This document shows, one piece after another, positions 1 to 8,983 of a DNA stretch of 64,000 nucleotides (positions within the stretch are counted from its first letter, which is position 1; every line of letters starts with the position of its first letter). The notes beneath the pieces were generated by a model. That model was not told where the DNA came from. It saw only the letters and a list, made by a program, of their open reading frames with translations, and made no database searches. Source of the DNA: a virus. Its lineage: Duplodnaviria; Caudoviricetes. The DNA lies in IMG/VR virus record IMGVR_UViG_3300021256_000076, positions 35,340-99,339 of that record; one strand, given 5' to 3'. The translations under genes and the position numbers were made by a program.

Positions 1-2
1 CA

Positions 3-617
3 AACGCTGCCTTCCAGTTGGCAAGAATGCATCCAGCATCCATCGTGCTTTATGATGATGATATTGTTGAGACAGTCAATATGGCAGGTCAGCTCTTCTC
101 AAGGAATGATGTAGGCAAGGCAAAGGTAGATGCAATGCTTGATATGATAAGCCTATATACCAACATGCAGAACATCTATGCCCTGAGGCAGAGGTTTGAA
201 CCCAACACAGAAGCAGGAGATATAATGATATGTGGTTTTGACAACATGTCTGCAAGAAAGACATTCTTTGAGGCATGGAAAAACCATGTATACAGAAAGC
301 CTGAAGAGTATAGGAAGAACTGTCTGTATCTCGATGGAAGACTGAGCATGACAGACTTGCAGGTATTCTGCATAACAGGAGAAGACGACAACTATATGGA
401 ACAGTATAGAACCAAATATCTCTTCTCTGATGAGGATGCTGATGCTACTGTATGTTCCATGAAGCAGACTACCTATCTTGCATGTATGATTGGCTCTGTC
501 ATGGTCAATCTGTTCACCAATTGGGCAGCAGGACTGTTGGACCCCATCATGCCCTATGACCTTCCTTTCTTTACTGAGTATGATGCTCAGAACATGATTT
601 TCAAAACTGTTAAGTGA
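3..617 (+). CDS. ThiF/E1-like adenylyltransferase (5'-truncated by window edge)
   Basis: Frame is open from position 3. Motifs YDDDIVETVNMAGQ, DVGKAKVDAM, ICGFDNMSARK and YLDGR match the ThiF/MoeB/E1 family; the GxGxxG motif should lie upstream of the window. Confidence 0.85.
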   Translation, partial: NAAFQLARMHPASIVLYDDDIVETVNMAGQLFSRNDVGKAKVDAMLDMISLYTNMQNIYALRQRFEPNTEAGDIMICGFDNMSARKTFFEAWKNHVYRKPEEYRKNCLYLDGRLSMTDLQVFCITGEDDNYMEQYRTKYLFSDEDADATVCSMKQTTYLACMIGSVMVNLFTNWAAGLLDPIMPYDLPFFTEYDAQNMIFKTVK

Positions 618-1369
618 TGAGTAGAAGCAGGAATTTAGAAAGTGTTATACAGAATATCTATGGCCAGTATATCTATAGACATTGCTATTATCATTATCCT
701 GTTGATGAAAGGAATACAACAGTAAAGTATCTGGAAATCCCAATCAACAAGGAAGTCTTTGAGGTTCCCATGTTTGCTCTGCATGTTCTTCAGGGAATCA
801 TCAGTGATGGAACAACTGGTAGAACAGATGCCATTGTGGTTTCCCTTGCAGACCATGGAAGTAAGCCTAACTACAAGACTCTGGAAAGGAATATGGTAGA
901 TGTACTGGAATGTGAATTTGAGTCATCAAAGCTCATAAGGGTAGATGCTTCCAATGGTTCAGAGAATATAAAATACTATGGAACCCATGGTGCCATATTT
1001 GATGATGGCTACAATCCTGTGGCAATGTATACCTGTCAGATAAAAAGAACAGAGACAGACAGTGAAAGCCATACATATTCCTATGAGATACTGAAGCCAA
1101 TCCTAAGGATAAGACCTGATTCCTATAAGACAAGAGGGGATTCCATGGAGAAGTTCATCACCAACAAGCTCATACTTGCAAGCATCTCTGACAGTATAGC
1201 TCCTCGCTATTATGACAATACCATCAATGTCCTCCGTGAATATAATATCGAAGTGGTCATTGGTGATATTCCCTTCAAACCCATCATAGCAGACAGCCCC
1301 AGCATCTCAACTACTAATAAGGAATTGCTTGAACTTGTAGTAGACCATATTGAGGAGGTGATACAATGA
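614..1369 (+). CDS. hypothetical protein
   Basis: 251-aa ORF coupled to its neighbours by GTGA/ATGA overlaps. Confidence 0.75.
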   Translation: MMSRSRNLESVIQNIYGQYIYRHCYYHYPVDERNTTVKYLEIPINKEVFEVPMFALHVLQGIISDGTTGRTDAIVVSLADHGSKPNYKTLERNMVDVLECEFESSKLIRVDASNGSENIKYYGTHGAIFDDGYNPVAMYTCQIKRTETDSESHTYSYEILKPILRIRPDSYKTRGDSMEKFITNKLILASISDSIAPRYYDNTINVLREYNIEVVIGDIPFKPIIADSPSISTTNKELLELVVDHIEEVIQ

Positions 1370-2040
1370 CTGTAGGGGAATATTTTGGAGACTGGTCTAA
1401 GGTGATAGACCTGAAAGAGGCTGACAGAATCCTGAAAAAGCTGTCTTCCTCTGATGTTCCAGTGTGTCCCCCATTGAAGGATGTCTTCAAGGCATTCAGA
1501 CTCTGTCCTCTTGATAGCCTCAGGGTGTGTGTCATAGGAATGGATCCATACCCTCAGAAAGGAGTGGCTACAGGCATTGCCTTTGGAAATTCCAAGGACA
1601 CTCCGATAGAATCCTACTCACCTTCCTTAGGAATAATTAGGGAGTCTGTAATAGACTTCACCAGACAACATGGAATAACTATCTTTGATCCAAGTTTGGA
1701 GAAGTGGGAAGAGCAGGGGGTGTTGTTGTTAAACTCAGCACTCACCTGCCAGTTAGGAAGAGTTGGCTCCCATACATTGCTGTGGTGGCCTTTCATGAAA
1801 TCCTTACTCACTAATCTGTCTTGCTACCATACAGGGATAGTCTATGTCCTCATGGGCAATCAAGCTCAGAACCTTGAGCCATTCATAAATGCCAGATTCA
1901 ATCATATAATAAGGATAAGACATCCCTCTTGGTATGCAAGAAACAAAACCAGAATGCCTTCTGACATCTGGAATGAGGTGAATGAAATCCTCATAGGTCA
2001 GAATGGCTATGGTATAGAATGGTACAAAGAAGTTATTTAA
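1366..2040 (+). CDS. ung: uracil-DNA glycosylase (family 1)
   Basis: VFKAF, GMDPYP (canonical GQDPY), ATGIAF, SPSL, WEEQGVLLLNSALT and HPS motifs. Confidence 0.92.
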   Translation: MTVGEYFGDWSKVIDLKEADRILKKLSSSDVPVCPPLKDVFKAFRLCPLDSLRVCVIGMDPYPQKGVATGIAFGNSKDTPIESYSPSLGIIRESVIDFTRQHGITIFDPSLEKWEEQGVLLLNSALTCQLGRVGSHTLLWWPFMKSLLTNLSCYHTGIVYVLMGNQAQNLEPFINARFNHIIRIRHPSWYARNKTRMPSDIWNEVNEILIGQNGYGIEWYKEVI

Positions 2041-2059
2041 TTATTAAACAAGGATAGAA

Positions 2060-2443
2060 ATGAAGAAGTATTTTATTGCAGGGAGTGATGAGGAACTGGA
2101 GTTTGGCGATGTAATTGCACTGGACCTGACTAAGGAGACAAAGCATGGGACACATTGTGTGGAGAGTGAGGTTACATTCTCTCCTGACATACTGCCCCTA
2201 TTACTTGAGATTGGAGCTGTTGAGGAGAAGGATGAGAAGAACCTCATTGACTTCAGTGAGGATGAGCCTTCTGATGAGCTTGATGAGCTCTATGAGAGGA
2301 TTGAGGACATTGAGGCCAGCATGGAAGCTCAAGGTGAGATGATTGATGAGATGATGGAAGGTCTCAAATCTCTTGTGGACATTCTCAGCAAGGCTGTTGA
2401 GGAGGAGACAGAGAAGAAGCCTAAGTACAACAAGAAGAAATGA
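2060..2443 (+). CDS. hypothetical acidic coiled-coil protein
   Basis: 127-aa ORF in the operon; acidic with a heptad-like C-terminal half. Confidence 0.7.
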   Translation: MKKYFIAGSDEELEFGDVIALDLTKETKHGTHCVESEVTFSPDILPLLLEIGAVEEKDEKNLIDFSEDEPSDELDELYERIEDIEASMEAQGEMIDEMMEGLKSLVDILSKAVEEETEKKPKYNKKK

Positions 2444-3012
2444 GCGAGAGGATTCAGGGAGTAAGGGAGACTGACTACAATGGAAGACATTACAGGAGTA
2501 CCTTGGAGGCTGAGACTGCAAAGGTCTTGGATTCCCTGGGAATTCCCTTTGAGTATGAGTCAAGGAAGATAGTCCTACAGGAAGGATTCAGATGCCCATA
2601 TCAGAAGGACAAGGTAAGGGACCTTACATACACGGCTGATTTCATCATAGGTCCTATCATGCTTGAATGCAAGGGATTTGAGACTCCTGAATGGAAAATC
2701 AAGAAGAAACTGCTGTTCAAGTGGCTGATGGAGAATGAGCCATCAATCATATTCCATCAGACCCATGACAGCAAAAAGGATTTATTGAAGGCACTTGACC
2801 CCCATCTAACATACCTTGGGTACTATGTGGAGGTTTCTTCCAGACCAACAAGAAAGAAGCCTTCAGAGGTATTCAAGTTTGATTCCATTGAAGAGGCTCT
2901 ATCTGAACTCAACCTCAAAGGCAAGAATATTGGCCCAATCCTCAGGTCTCTCATAGGGAAAACCCAATGGGTTTATGGTTATAATTGGAAATTAATAAAA
3001 ATTGAATTGTAG
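2440..3012 (+). CDS. PD-(D/E)XK endonuclease (DUF1064/T7 endonuclease I-like) with C-terminal NUMOD1-like segment
   Basis: YRSTLE, FEYE, YTADF and LECKG motifs; C-terminus FDSIEEA...GYNWK. Confidence 0.75.
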   Translation: MSERIQGVRETDYNGRHYRSTLEAETAKVLDSLGIPFEYESRKIVLQEGFRCPYQKDKVRDLTYTADFIIGPIMLECKGFETPEWKIKKKLLFKWLMENEPSIIFHQTHDSKKDLLKALDPHLTYLGYYVEVSSRPTRKKPSEVFKFDSIEEALSELNLKGKNIGPILRSLIGKTQWVYGYNWKLIKIEL

Positions 3013-3015
3013 ATT

Positions 3016-3318
3016 ATGGAAATGTTTCAACATGTTACTGTTAATGAAAAACAGGAGGAAAAGAGTTATGTAAAGACAGAAAACTATACAAGAAAATGTG
3101 AACAGACATTTGAGTTACTGCACGACCTGTTTGATTTCTTCAAAAAGGAATACAATGATTTGGCTCCTCGCAAGGATAATTATCCTAAGTTTGCCACAAA
3201 GATGAATTCTATAGCAACTATAGGCAACGCTCTTAATAATGATGCGTGCAGACAGGCTATTGAAGATGGGTATAGGCTGTATGTCAAGGAGAATAAAAGA
3301 TTCAACAAAGATAACTAA
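3016..3318 (+). CDS. hypothetical protein
   Basis: 100-aa ORF; TAATG overlap with the next gene. Confidence 0.7.
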   Translation: MEMFQHVTVNEKQEEKSYVKTENYTRKCEQTFELLHDLFDFFKKEYNDLAPRKDNYPKFATKMNSIATIGNALNNDACRQAIEDGYRLYVKENKRFNKDN

Positions 3319-4361
3319 TGGAGATACAAAAGGAATTAAGCAGTATTGCCCTTGATATCACAGAGCCTGAGTACAGGCAGAGACCTGAACTATCCTACTC
3401 TACCCTATCAACCTATGAGAAAACAGGATTTGATGGGCTTGACCACTTGTTTGACAAAAAGGAAAGCCCTTCATTATTGTTAGGCTCGGTGGTAGATGCA
3501 ATACTTACAGGTGGAGAGGATGAATTCAACAGTCTCTATACTGTACTGGACATGAATATCACAGACAGTGGTATGGACATCTGCAAGCAGCTTGTCAATA
3601 TGTGTCTTCCGTTTGACACCTTTGAGGAGATACCTGAATCAATTGTCTCTGATGCAGCAAAGTCTGTAGGTTTCTGGCAGAATGACAAGTATGACAACAG
3701 CCGCTATAAGCAGGTAATAAAGACTGGTAATATTGCCGAGTGCTACAATGCCATGAGGAGCAGTGACAAGACCATCATTTCTTCAGAGACATTCCAGACA
3801 GCAGTTGCAATGGTAAGGGCTTTAAGGGAATCTCCTGCCACATCTGGCTATTTTGCAGAGAATAATGAATTATCTCCTATAAGAAGATACTATCAGCTCA
3901 AGTTTGCAGCCAAATTTGAAGGTGTGGGCTACAGATGTATGGCAGATTTGCTAGTTTCCGATTATGAGAACAAGGTAATCTATCCAGTGGACCTTAAGAC
4001 TAGCTCACACACAGAGTGGAATTTTGAAGAAAGCTTCTGTCAGTGGAACTACATGATCCAGGCAAGGCTCTATTGGAGAATTATTAGGGCCAATCTTCTG
4101 AAGGATGACTATTTCAAGGACTTCAGGTTTGAAGACTACAGGTTTATTGTAGTCAACAAGAACACCCTTACCCCTCTTGTATGGGAGTTCCCTCTCACAA
4201 AGACTGTCGGAACACTCATAGATGAGAAGGGCAATGAGTACAGGGATCCATTTGAAATAGGAAAGGAGCTTCAAGGCTACCTTAATCTCAGGCCTCAGGT
4301 ACCTAATGGTATCAATATAGCAGGTGATAATATAATCAAATGTCTTAAAGTAAAAGAATGA
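3318..4361 (+). CDS. PD-(D/E)XK exonuclease (RecE/exonuclease VIII-like)
   Basis: LSYSTL, LLLGSVVD, RCMADLL, VDLKTS and YMIQARLY motifs. Confidence 0.8.
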   Translation: MEIQKELSSIALDITEPEYRQRPELSYSTLSTYEKTGFDGLDHLFDKKESPSLLLGSVVDAILTGGEDEFNSLYTVLDMNITDSGMDICKQLVNMCLPFDTFEEIPESIVSDAAKSVGFWQNDKYDNSRYKQVIKTGNIAECYNAMRSSDKTIISSETFQTAVAMVRALRESPATSGYFAENNELSPIRRYYQLKFAAKFEGVGYRCMADLLVSDYENKVIYPVDLKTSSHTEWNFEESFCQWNYMIQARLYWRIIRANLLKDDYFKDFRFEDYRFIVVNKNTLTPLVWEFPLTKTVGTLIDEKGNEYRDPFEIGKELQGYLNLRPQVPNGINIAGDNIIKCLKVKE

Positions 4362-4804
4362 GTCTACAATACATCAAGGACGGTAAGCAGGTTTCCCTGA
4401 TGAAGTATATACCCAAGGAACTCAATAAGGGTGAATGGATGCTCCAGATAAGGAAGTCCTTCAAGGAGCGTTCAGAAGCCCTTTTTGGGAAGGGTGTGCT
4501 GGTACAGGTGAAGCACTATATGGATTGTAAGAATGACAGGTTCACCATCATGTTCCCTCTCAAACAGCCTCCTTGCGCAAAGGAAGTAGTCAATTCTCTG
4601 ATAGATGTAGTCATAAAGGAAGCAATAGTGAAGTATGAGACAAAAGTGCTCTCTGACCTAAACAATTGTCTCAATGACAACTATAGCATCTACATGGATG
4701 AATTGGCTGAAAAGGAAGAAATAGCCAAGGAGTTTTTCAAGAAAATAAAGGAAAGAATAAATGAAAAGAACAGTAAAGGTAGTAAAACACGACAAGCATG
4801 CTGA
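4358..4804 (+). CDS. hypothetical protein
   Basis: 148-aa ORF with ATGA overlap. Confidence 0.65.
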   Translation: MSLQYIKDGKQVSLMKYIPKELNKGEWMLQIRKSFKERSEALFGKGVLVQVKHYMDCKNDRFTIMFPLKQPPCAKEVVNSLIDVVIKEAIVKYETKVLSDLNNCLNDNYSIYMDELAEKEEIAKEFFKKIKERINEKNSKGSKTRQAC

Positions 4805-5243
4805 TATAGTCATCAATGATAATGGAGACATGTTTGACCTTATAGCCTGTGAAGACTGTAAGGTAACACCAGGAAGACCCTTCCTCATATCATTAGGGCT
4901 ATCCATGGAACTTCCGAAAGGTCTGTATGCAAGATTATATGACAGGAGCAGTACTCCTAAGAAGTTCAAGGTCAGCCTTGGGCATTCAGTGGGTATCATA
5001 GACAACTCATACAATTCAGACAAGGACATCTGGAGATATTCTGCAGTGACCTTGAAGACAGGGCATGGTTCCTTCAGTACTATAAAAGCAGGTGACAGGA
5101 TCTGCCAGTTTGAGATTTGCCTGAGCCAGAGGGCTACAGTATGGCAGAAGCTCAAGTGGCTCTTCACAAGTGGCTACAAGTTCAAGTATGTAGACCATCT
5201 TGACAATGAGGAGCGCGGTGGATTTGGGTCTTCAAACAAATAA
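4761..5243 (+). CDS. dut: trimeric dUTPase
   Basis: FDL, RSS, GIIDNSY, GDRICQF and RGGFGSS motifs. Confidence 0.93.
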   Translation: MKRTVKVVKHDKHADIVINDNGDMFDLIACEDCKVTPGRPFLISLGLSMELPKGLYARLYDRSSTPKKFKVSLGHSVGIIDNSYNSDKDIWRYSAVTLKTGHGSFSTIKAGDRICQFEICLSQRATVWQKLKWLFTSGYKFKYVDHLDNEERGGFGSSNK

Positions 5244-5257
5244 TAATTAAAAACATT

Positions 5258-5686
5258 ATGAATAAAATTAATAATATTTCTCTTTTTGCAGTATCATTCA
5301 GTCAAGGTTTTACAAGTCCAAACATCCCCATTGCTACATTCCAGCAAGGAGAAAAGGAGATAGTATTCCTGCTTGATACTGGCTCTGACAATAATGTAAT
5401 CAATCAGAAGGCACTTCAATATATAGACCATCAGAAGACTGAAGGAGATGTCACTACTCTTTCTGGTGTAAATGGAACTACTCAAGTAGAGCATTGTATC
5501 ATCAAGTTCAGCTGTAATGATGAAAACTATGAAGCTAATTTTCTTGTAGCAGACCTTGAAGAGGCATTGGGAGCAATCAGGAGAAGCCATTGTATTACTA
5601 TTCACGGCATCTTAGGTTCAAAGTTCCTGAGGAAGTATAATGTAGTGCTGGATTTCAAGAATCTTTCAGCTTATAGTAAGGAATGA
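5258..5686 (+). CDS. retropepsin-like aspartic protease
   Basis: FLLDTGS catalytic motif, flap-like SGVNG and GILGSKFL. Confidence 0.85.
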   Translation: MNKINNISLFAVSFSQGFTSPNIPIATFQQGEKEIVFLLDTGSDNNVINQKALQYIDHQKTEGDVTTLSGVNGTTQVEHCIIKFSCNDENYEANFLVADLEEALGAIRRSHCITIHGILGSKFLRKYNVVLDFKNLSAYSKE

Positions 5687-7737
5687 TAAAGTTTGTAACC
5701 AACCAGCAGGAGCTTTTTGAGAATCCTCTATATGAAACTATATCTATAGAAGACAGTCTCAAGCTTATTGACAGTTTTGGGAAATGTATTCAATTTGATA
5801 CTGAAACTGATGGAAAGGATGCTCATATAAACAACATTCTTCTTGCTCAGTTTGGTTCAATGGATGGCAAGACACAAGTTGTAATAGATTGTACTTCTGT
5901 GAATGTTCTTAAGTATGCAGATATCTTGGAAAGCAAACTGCTGGTTGGCCAGAACCTTAAGTTTGACCTTCAGTTCCTCTATACACAAGGCATACACCCT
6001 ACTAGTGTCTATGACTTGATGATAGTCGAGCAGTTCATCCATCTTGGATTTCCTCCAGGTTCTATAAGCTATTCTTTGGCTGCTATGTCTGAAAGATATC
6101 TTGGCATACATATGGACAAGACCATCAGAGGACAGATAAGATTCAGAGGCATAGATACTGAGGTTATCCAGTATGCTGCCAATGATGTTGTCTATATGGC
6201 TGATATCATGTGGAAGCAGATTGCTACTCTGAAGAAAAGAGGAGCTATGACAGGAGCCAAGATTGAATGTGACTTCACTCCTGTTATAGCCTATCTTGAA
6301 TGGTGTGGTATCAAATTGGATGTCACCAAGTGGCAAGCCAAAATGAAGCAAGATGAAGAAAACCTCAAAGAGGCTACAAATAGACTCAATGATTACTGCA
6401 TCAAGAATCCAAAGCTTTCCAAGTGGACATTCATTGATACACAGGGAGACTTGTTCTCAGGGTATAACCTTGAACCTCAATTCAACATTGACTGGCAAAA
6501 GAAAGAAGCAATCAAGGTCTTTCAGGCTCTTGGCTTCAATACCAAGGCTATTAGCAAAGCTACAGGGAATGAAGCTGATTCTGTGACAGAAAAGCTTCTT
6601 GCTCCTCAGAAGGGAATAGACGATGAATTCCTTAATCTCTATTTTGACTATCAAGGATATTATAAGGTCACTACATCTTTTGGTCAGGGACATCTTAATG
6701 CCATCAATCCCATCACAGGAAGAATCCATACTGTATATAGGGCTATTGGAACTATATCAGGTAGAATGTCTTCTGGTTCTGACCAACCCAATGAAGATCT
6801 GGCAAAGCTGAAGAAGATTCCTGCAAAGGACTGTAAGTATCCTAATATGCAGCAGCTGCCCCATGATGAGGTTACAAGAGCTTGTTTTGTAGCAGAGAAG
6901 GGCAACCTGTTCTGTTCATGCGACTATGCTGCAATGGAAGCAAGGATTGGGGCTGATGTGTATGACGAGCATAAGCTTCTTGATGAATTTCTGCATGGCT
7001 CAGGAGATACTCATGCAGCCTATGCCAAGGCTGTGTTTGTAGATGAACTGAAAGATGTGGAAACCAAGGATGTCAAGAAGCTAAGACCTGACCTCAGAAG
7101 CAAGGTCAAAAGCATTGAGTTTGCCGTACAGTTTGGTTCTGATGGCACAGCAGTAGCTCCACAGCTGAAGATTTCTGTAGAAGAGGCAAGACAACTTGTA
7201 GTAAATTTGCTCAATGGAATGACAGGATTGAAGGCTTTCAAGGAGAAATGGTCTAAATTTGTACTTGAGCATGGCTATATGGAGATTCTTCCTCAGACAG
7301 GTCATAGAGGTTATTGGCATGACTGGGAACATTGGAAGGAAGTACAGGCTTCCTATACCAAAGAGTTCTGGGATAACTATAAGATGTATCACAAAGGAAC
7401 TGGAGATGATGTATGTAAAGAAGTTAAACAGCATTTCCAAGCTAAATCCAAGTGGTGTGATAGGATGTCGCTCAATCTGCCCACTCAAGGCGGTGGAGCC
7501 GTTGTGCTGAAAAAAGCTGCTACAGCCCTTTATAAATGGGTATTGGACAATGGTTATTGGGGAAAAATACTATTTGTGAATTTCACTCATGATGAGATTA
7601 ATTCAGAGTTTCCAGAAGAATTGAAAGACATCTATCCTAATGTAGTTGCCAATATCATGCAGGAAGCAGCAGCTGAATATTATCATAAACTGCCTATTCC
7701 CGCAGAACCTGCTGTAGGATCATTTTGGATTCATTAA
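5683..7737 (+). CDS. polA: DNA polymerase family A with 3'-5' exonuclease domain
   Basis: Exo motifs FDTET, NLKFD and YAANDV; polymerase motifs TISGRMSS, PNMQQLP, CDYAAMEAR (A), RSKVKSIEF (B), NLPTQG and THDEI (C). Confidence 0.95.
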   Translation: MIKFVTNQQELFENPLYETISIEDSLKLIDSFGKCIQFDTETDGKDAHINNILLAQFGSMDGKTQVVIDCTSVNVLKYADILESKLLVGQNLKFDLQFLYTQGIHPTSVYDLMIVEQFIHLGFPPGSISYSLAAMSERYLGIHMDKTIRGQIRFRGIDTEVIQYAANDVVYMADIMWKQIATLKKRGAMTGAKIECDFTPVIAYLEWCGIKLDVTKWQAKMKQDEENLKEATNRLNDYCIKNPKLSKWTFIDTQGDLFSGYNLEPQFNIDWQKKEAIKVFQALGFNTKAISKATGNEADSVTEKLLAPQKGIDDEFLNLYFDYQGYYKVTTSFGQGHLNAINPITGRIHTVYRAIGTISGRMSSGSDQPNEDLAKLKKIPAKDCKYPNMQQLPHDEVTRACFVAEKGNLFCSCDYAAMEARIGADVYDEHKLLDEFLHGSGDTHAAYAKAVFVDELKDVETKDVKKLRPDLRSKVKSIEFAVQFGSDGTAVAPQLKISVEEARQLVVNLLNGMTGLKAFKEKWSKFVLEHGYMEILPQTGHRGYWHDWEHWKEVQASYTKEFWDNYKMYHKGTGDDVCKEVKQHFQAKSKWCDRMSLNLPTQGGGAVVLKKAATALYKWVLDNGYWGKILFVNFTHDEINSEFPEELKDIYPNVVANIMQEAAAEYYHKLPIPAEPAVGSFWIH

Positions 7738-7747
7738 TTTCAAAGGT

Positions 7748-7942
7748 ATGAAGACAACAAGAAGAGTAACCCTTACCAAAGAAGAGGTGAATTCCCTTAA
7801 AGAGTTCTGTGATGACAACCTTGAAAGAGGTTAGGTCATCATAGACCAACTTGAACTGTCTGGCATAGGTCTTACTACCAAGGTAATGGTAAAAGACCTA
7901 CCAGAAACTTTAACTGATATAACAGATGTAAGTTCATGGTAA
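7748..7942 (+). pseudogene. small ORF interrupted by one in-frame TAG (7832-7834): readthrough gene or pseudogene
   Basis: Manual translation MKTTRRVTLTKEEVNSLKEFCDDNLERG*VIIDQLELSGIGLTTKVMVKDLPETLTDITDVSSW fills the gap between polA and the ATG at 7944. Confidence 0.7.
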
Positions 7943-7943
7943 T

Positions 7944-8201
7944 ATGGAATTGATTAGAACAATAAAAGAGAAGAGTCAGACTAAGCGTCAGGAAGAAATT
8001 GAAAGGATGGCAGAGGAGACTATTACATTGAAGGACTTTGACAACAGCCTCTTCATTGCCTATAATGGCACTCCCCTCGCCCCTATTGAACCCTCATGGA
8101 CTACCAAGGAAATAGTCCAGCAGCTCTCTATATTCAGAAGTAACTTTGTCAACTCAAGATTGAAGGAGGCAGGTCTTCCAAGGATTGCAGCAGTATTATA
8201 A
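7944..8201 (+). CDS. hypothetical protein
   Basis: 85-aa ORF in operon context. Confidence 0.7.
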   Translation: MELIRTIKEKSQTKRQEEIERMAEETITLKDFDNSLFIAYNGTPLAPIEPSWTTKEIVQQLSIFRSNFVNSRLKEAGLPRIAAVL

Positions 8202-8226
8202 ATAAGGAATATAATAAAGTAGGATT

Positions 8227-8667
8227 ATGCTAATAGAAGTAAAAGTAAAGGTTGCCAGAGTTATTGACTCTAAGACAAGAAGAAGGACAGAGACATATCT
8301 AAAGCCTGACTGTGAGTTATTTGTAGAAGCAGAACAGGCTGTTATGGAAAGGCTTACTCAGGAACAGGAAGAAGGTTTGGTGGAAAGCTTTGAGCTTCAG
8401 TCATTGAAGATATCTCATATCAAGGAAGTATGCACTCAATTCAATGGAGAGTTTGCTTATCTTGCAACCCTGACAGATATCTACCATGCAGATGATGGCA
8501 CAGAGAAGACTATGAAGTATAAGGTAATGCTCTGGGCTAATGGCCACTCAGATGCTGTGCGTAATATTCAGACTCTGATAAGGCAAGGATATGATATGCA
8601 TATTGAAGGCATCAAGGAAGTGGATTATGAATATCTAACTGAGGAGGAATCTAATGGACAGGGATAA
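8227..8667 (+). CDS. DUF4494-family protein
   Basis: Pattern EVKVK..TETYL..A/C.LF.EAE..IKEV plus a duplicated second half, as recalled for Bacteroidota/crAss DUF4494. Confidence 0.7.
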   Translation: MLIEVKVKVARVIDSKTRRRTETYLKPDCELFVEAEQAVMERLTQEQEEGLVESFELQSLKISHIKEVCTQFNGEFAYLATLTDIYHADDGTEKTMKYKVMLWANGHSDAVRNIQTLIRQGYDMHIEGIKEVDYEYLTEEESNGQG

Positions 8668-8983
8668 ATCAGCAGTTGAGACCTATCAGGAGATGCTTCA
8701 GAAGGAAAAGCCTTTAAAGGAAGAAGGCATCTTGGATGAAGATGGTATGTTCAAGGATGATGACAAGGTTAATCCTACTCATTATGAATCCTATGACCCA
8801 GAGATTAAGATTTCCTGTATAGATGCTATGAGAGCTGCCTTTGGAAGAGAGGATGTCAAGACCTTTTGTTTGATAAACAGCTTCAAGTACATCTACAGGT
8901 CATCATCAAAAGGAAAGAACACTGATATATCCAAAGCTATATGGTATTTGAATAAGTTCTTAGAATTGGGAGGTTATGATTGA
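8654..8983 (+). CDS. DUF3310 (SaV/T7 gp1.7-like) protein
   Basis: VNPTHY, CIDAM, FCLINSFKYIYR, KG and DISKAIWYL motifs. Confidence 0.85.
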   Translation: MDRDKSAVETYQEMLQKEKPLKEEGILDEDGMFKDDDKVNPTHYESYDPEIKISCIDAMRAAFGREDVKTFCLINSFKYIYRSSSKGKNTDISKAIWYLNKFLELGGYD

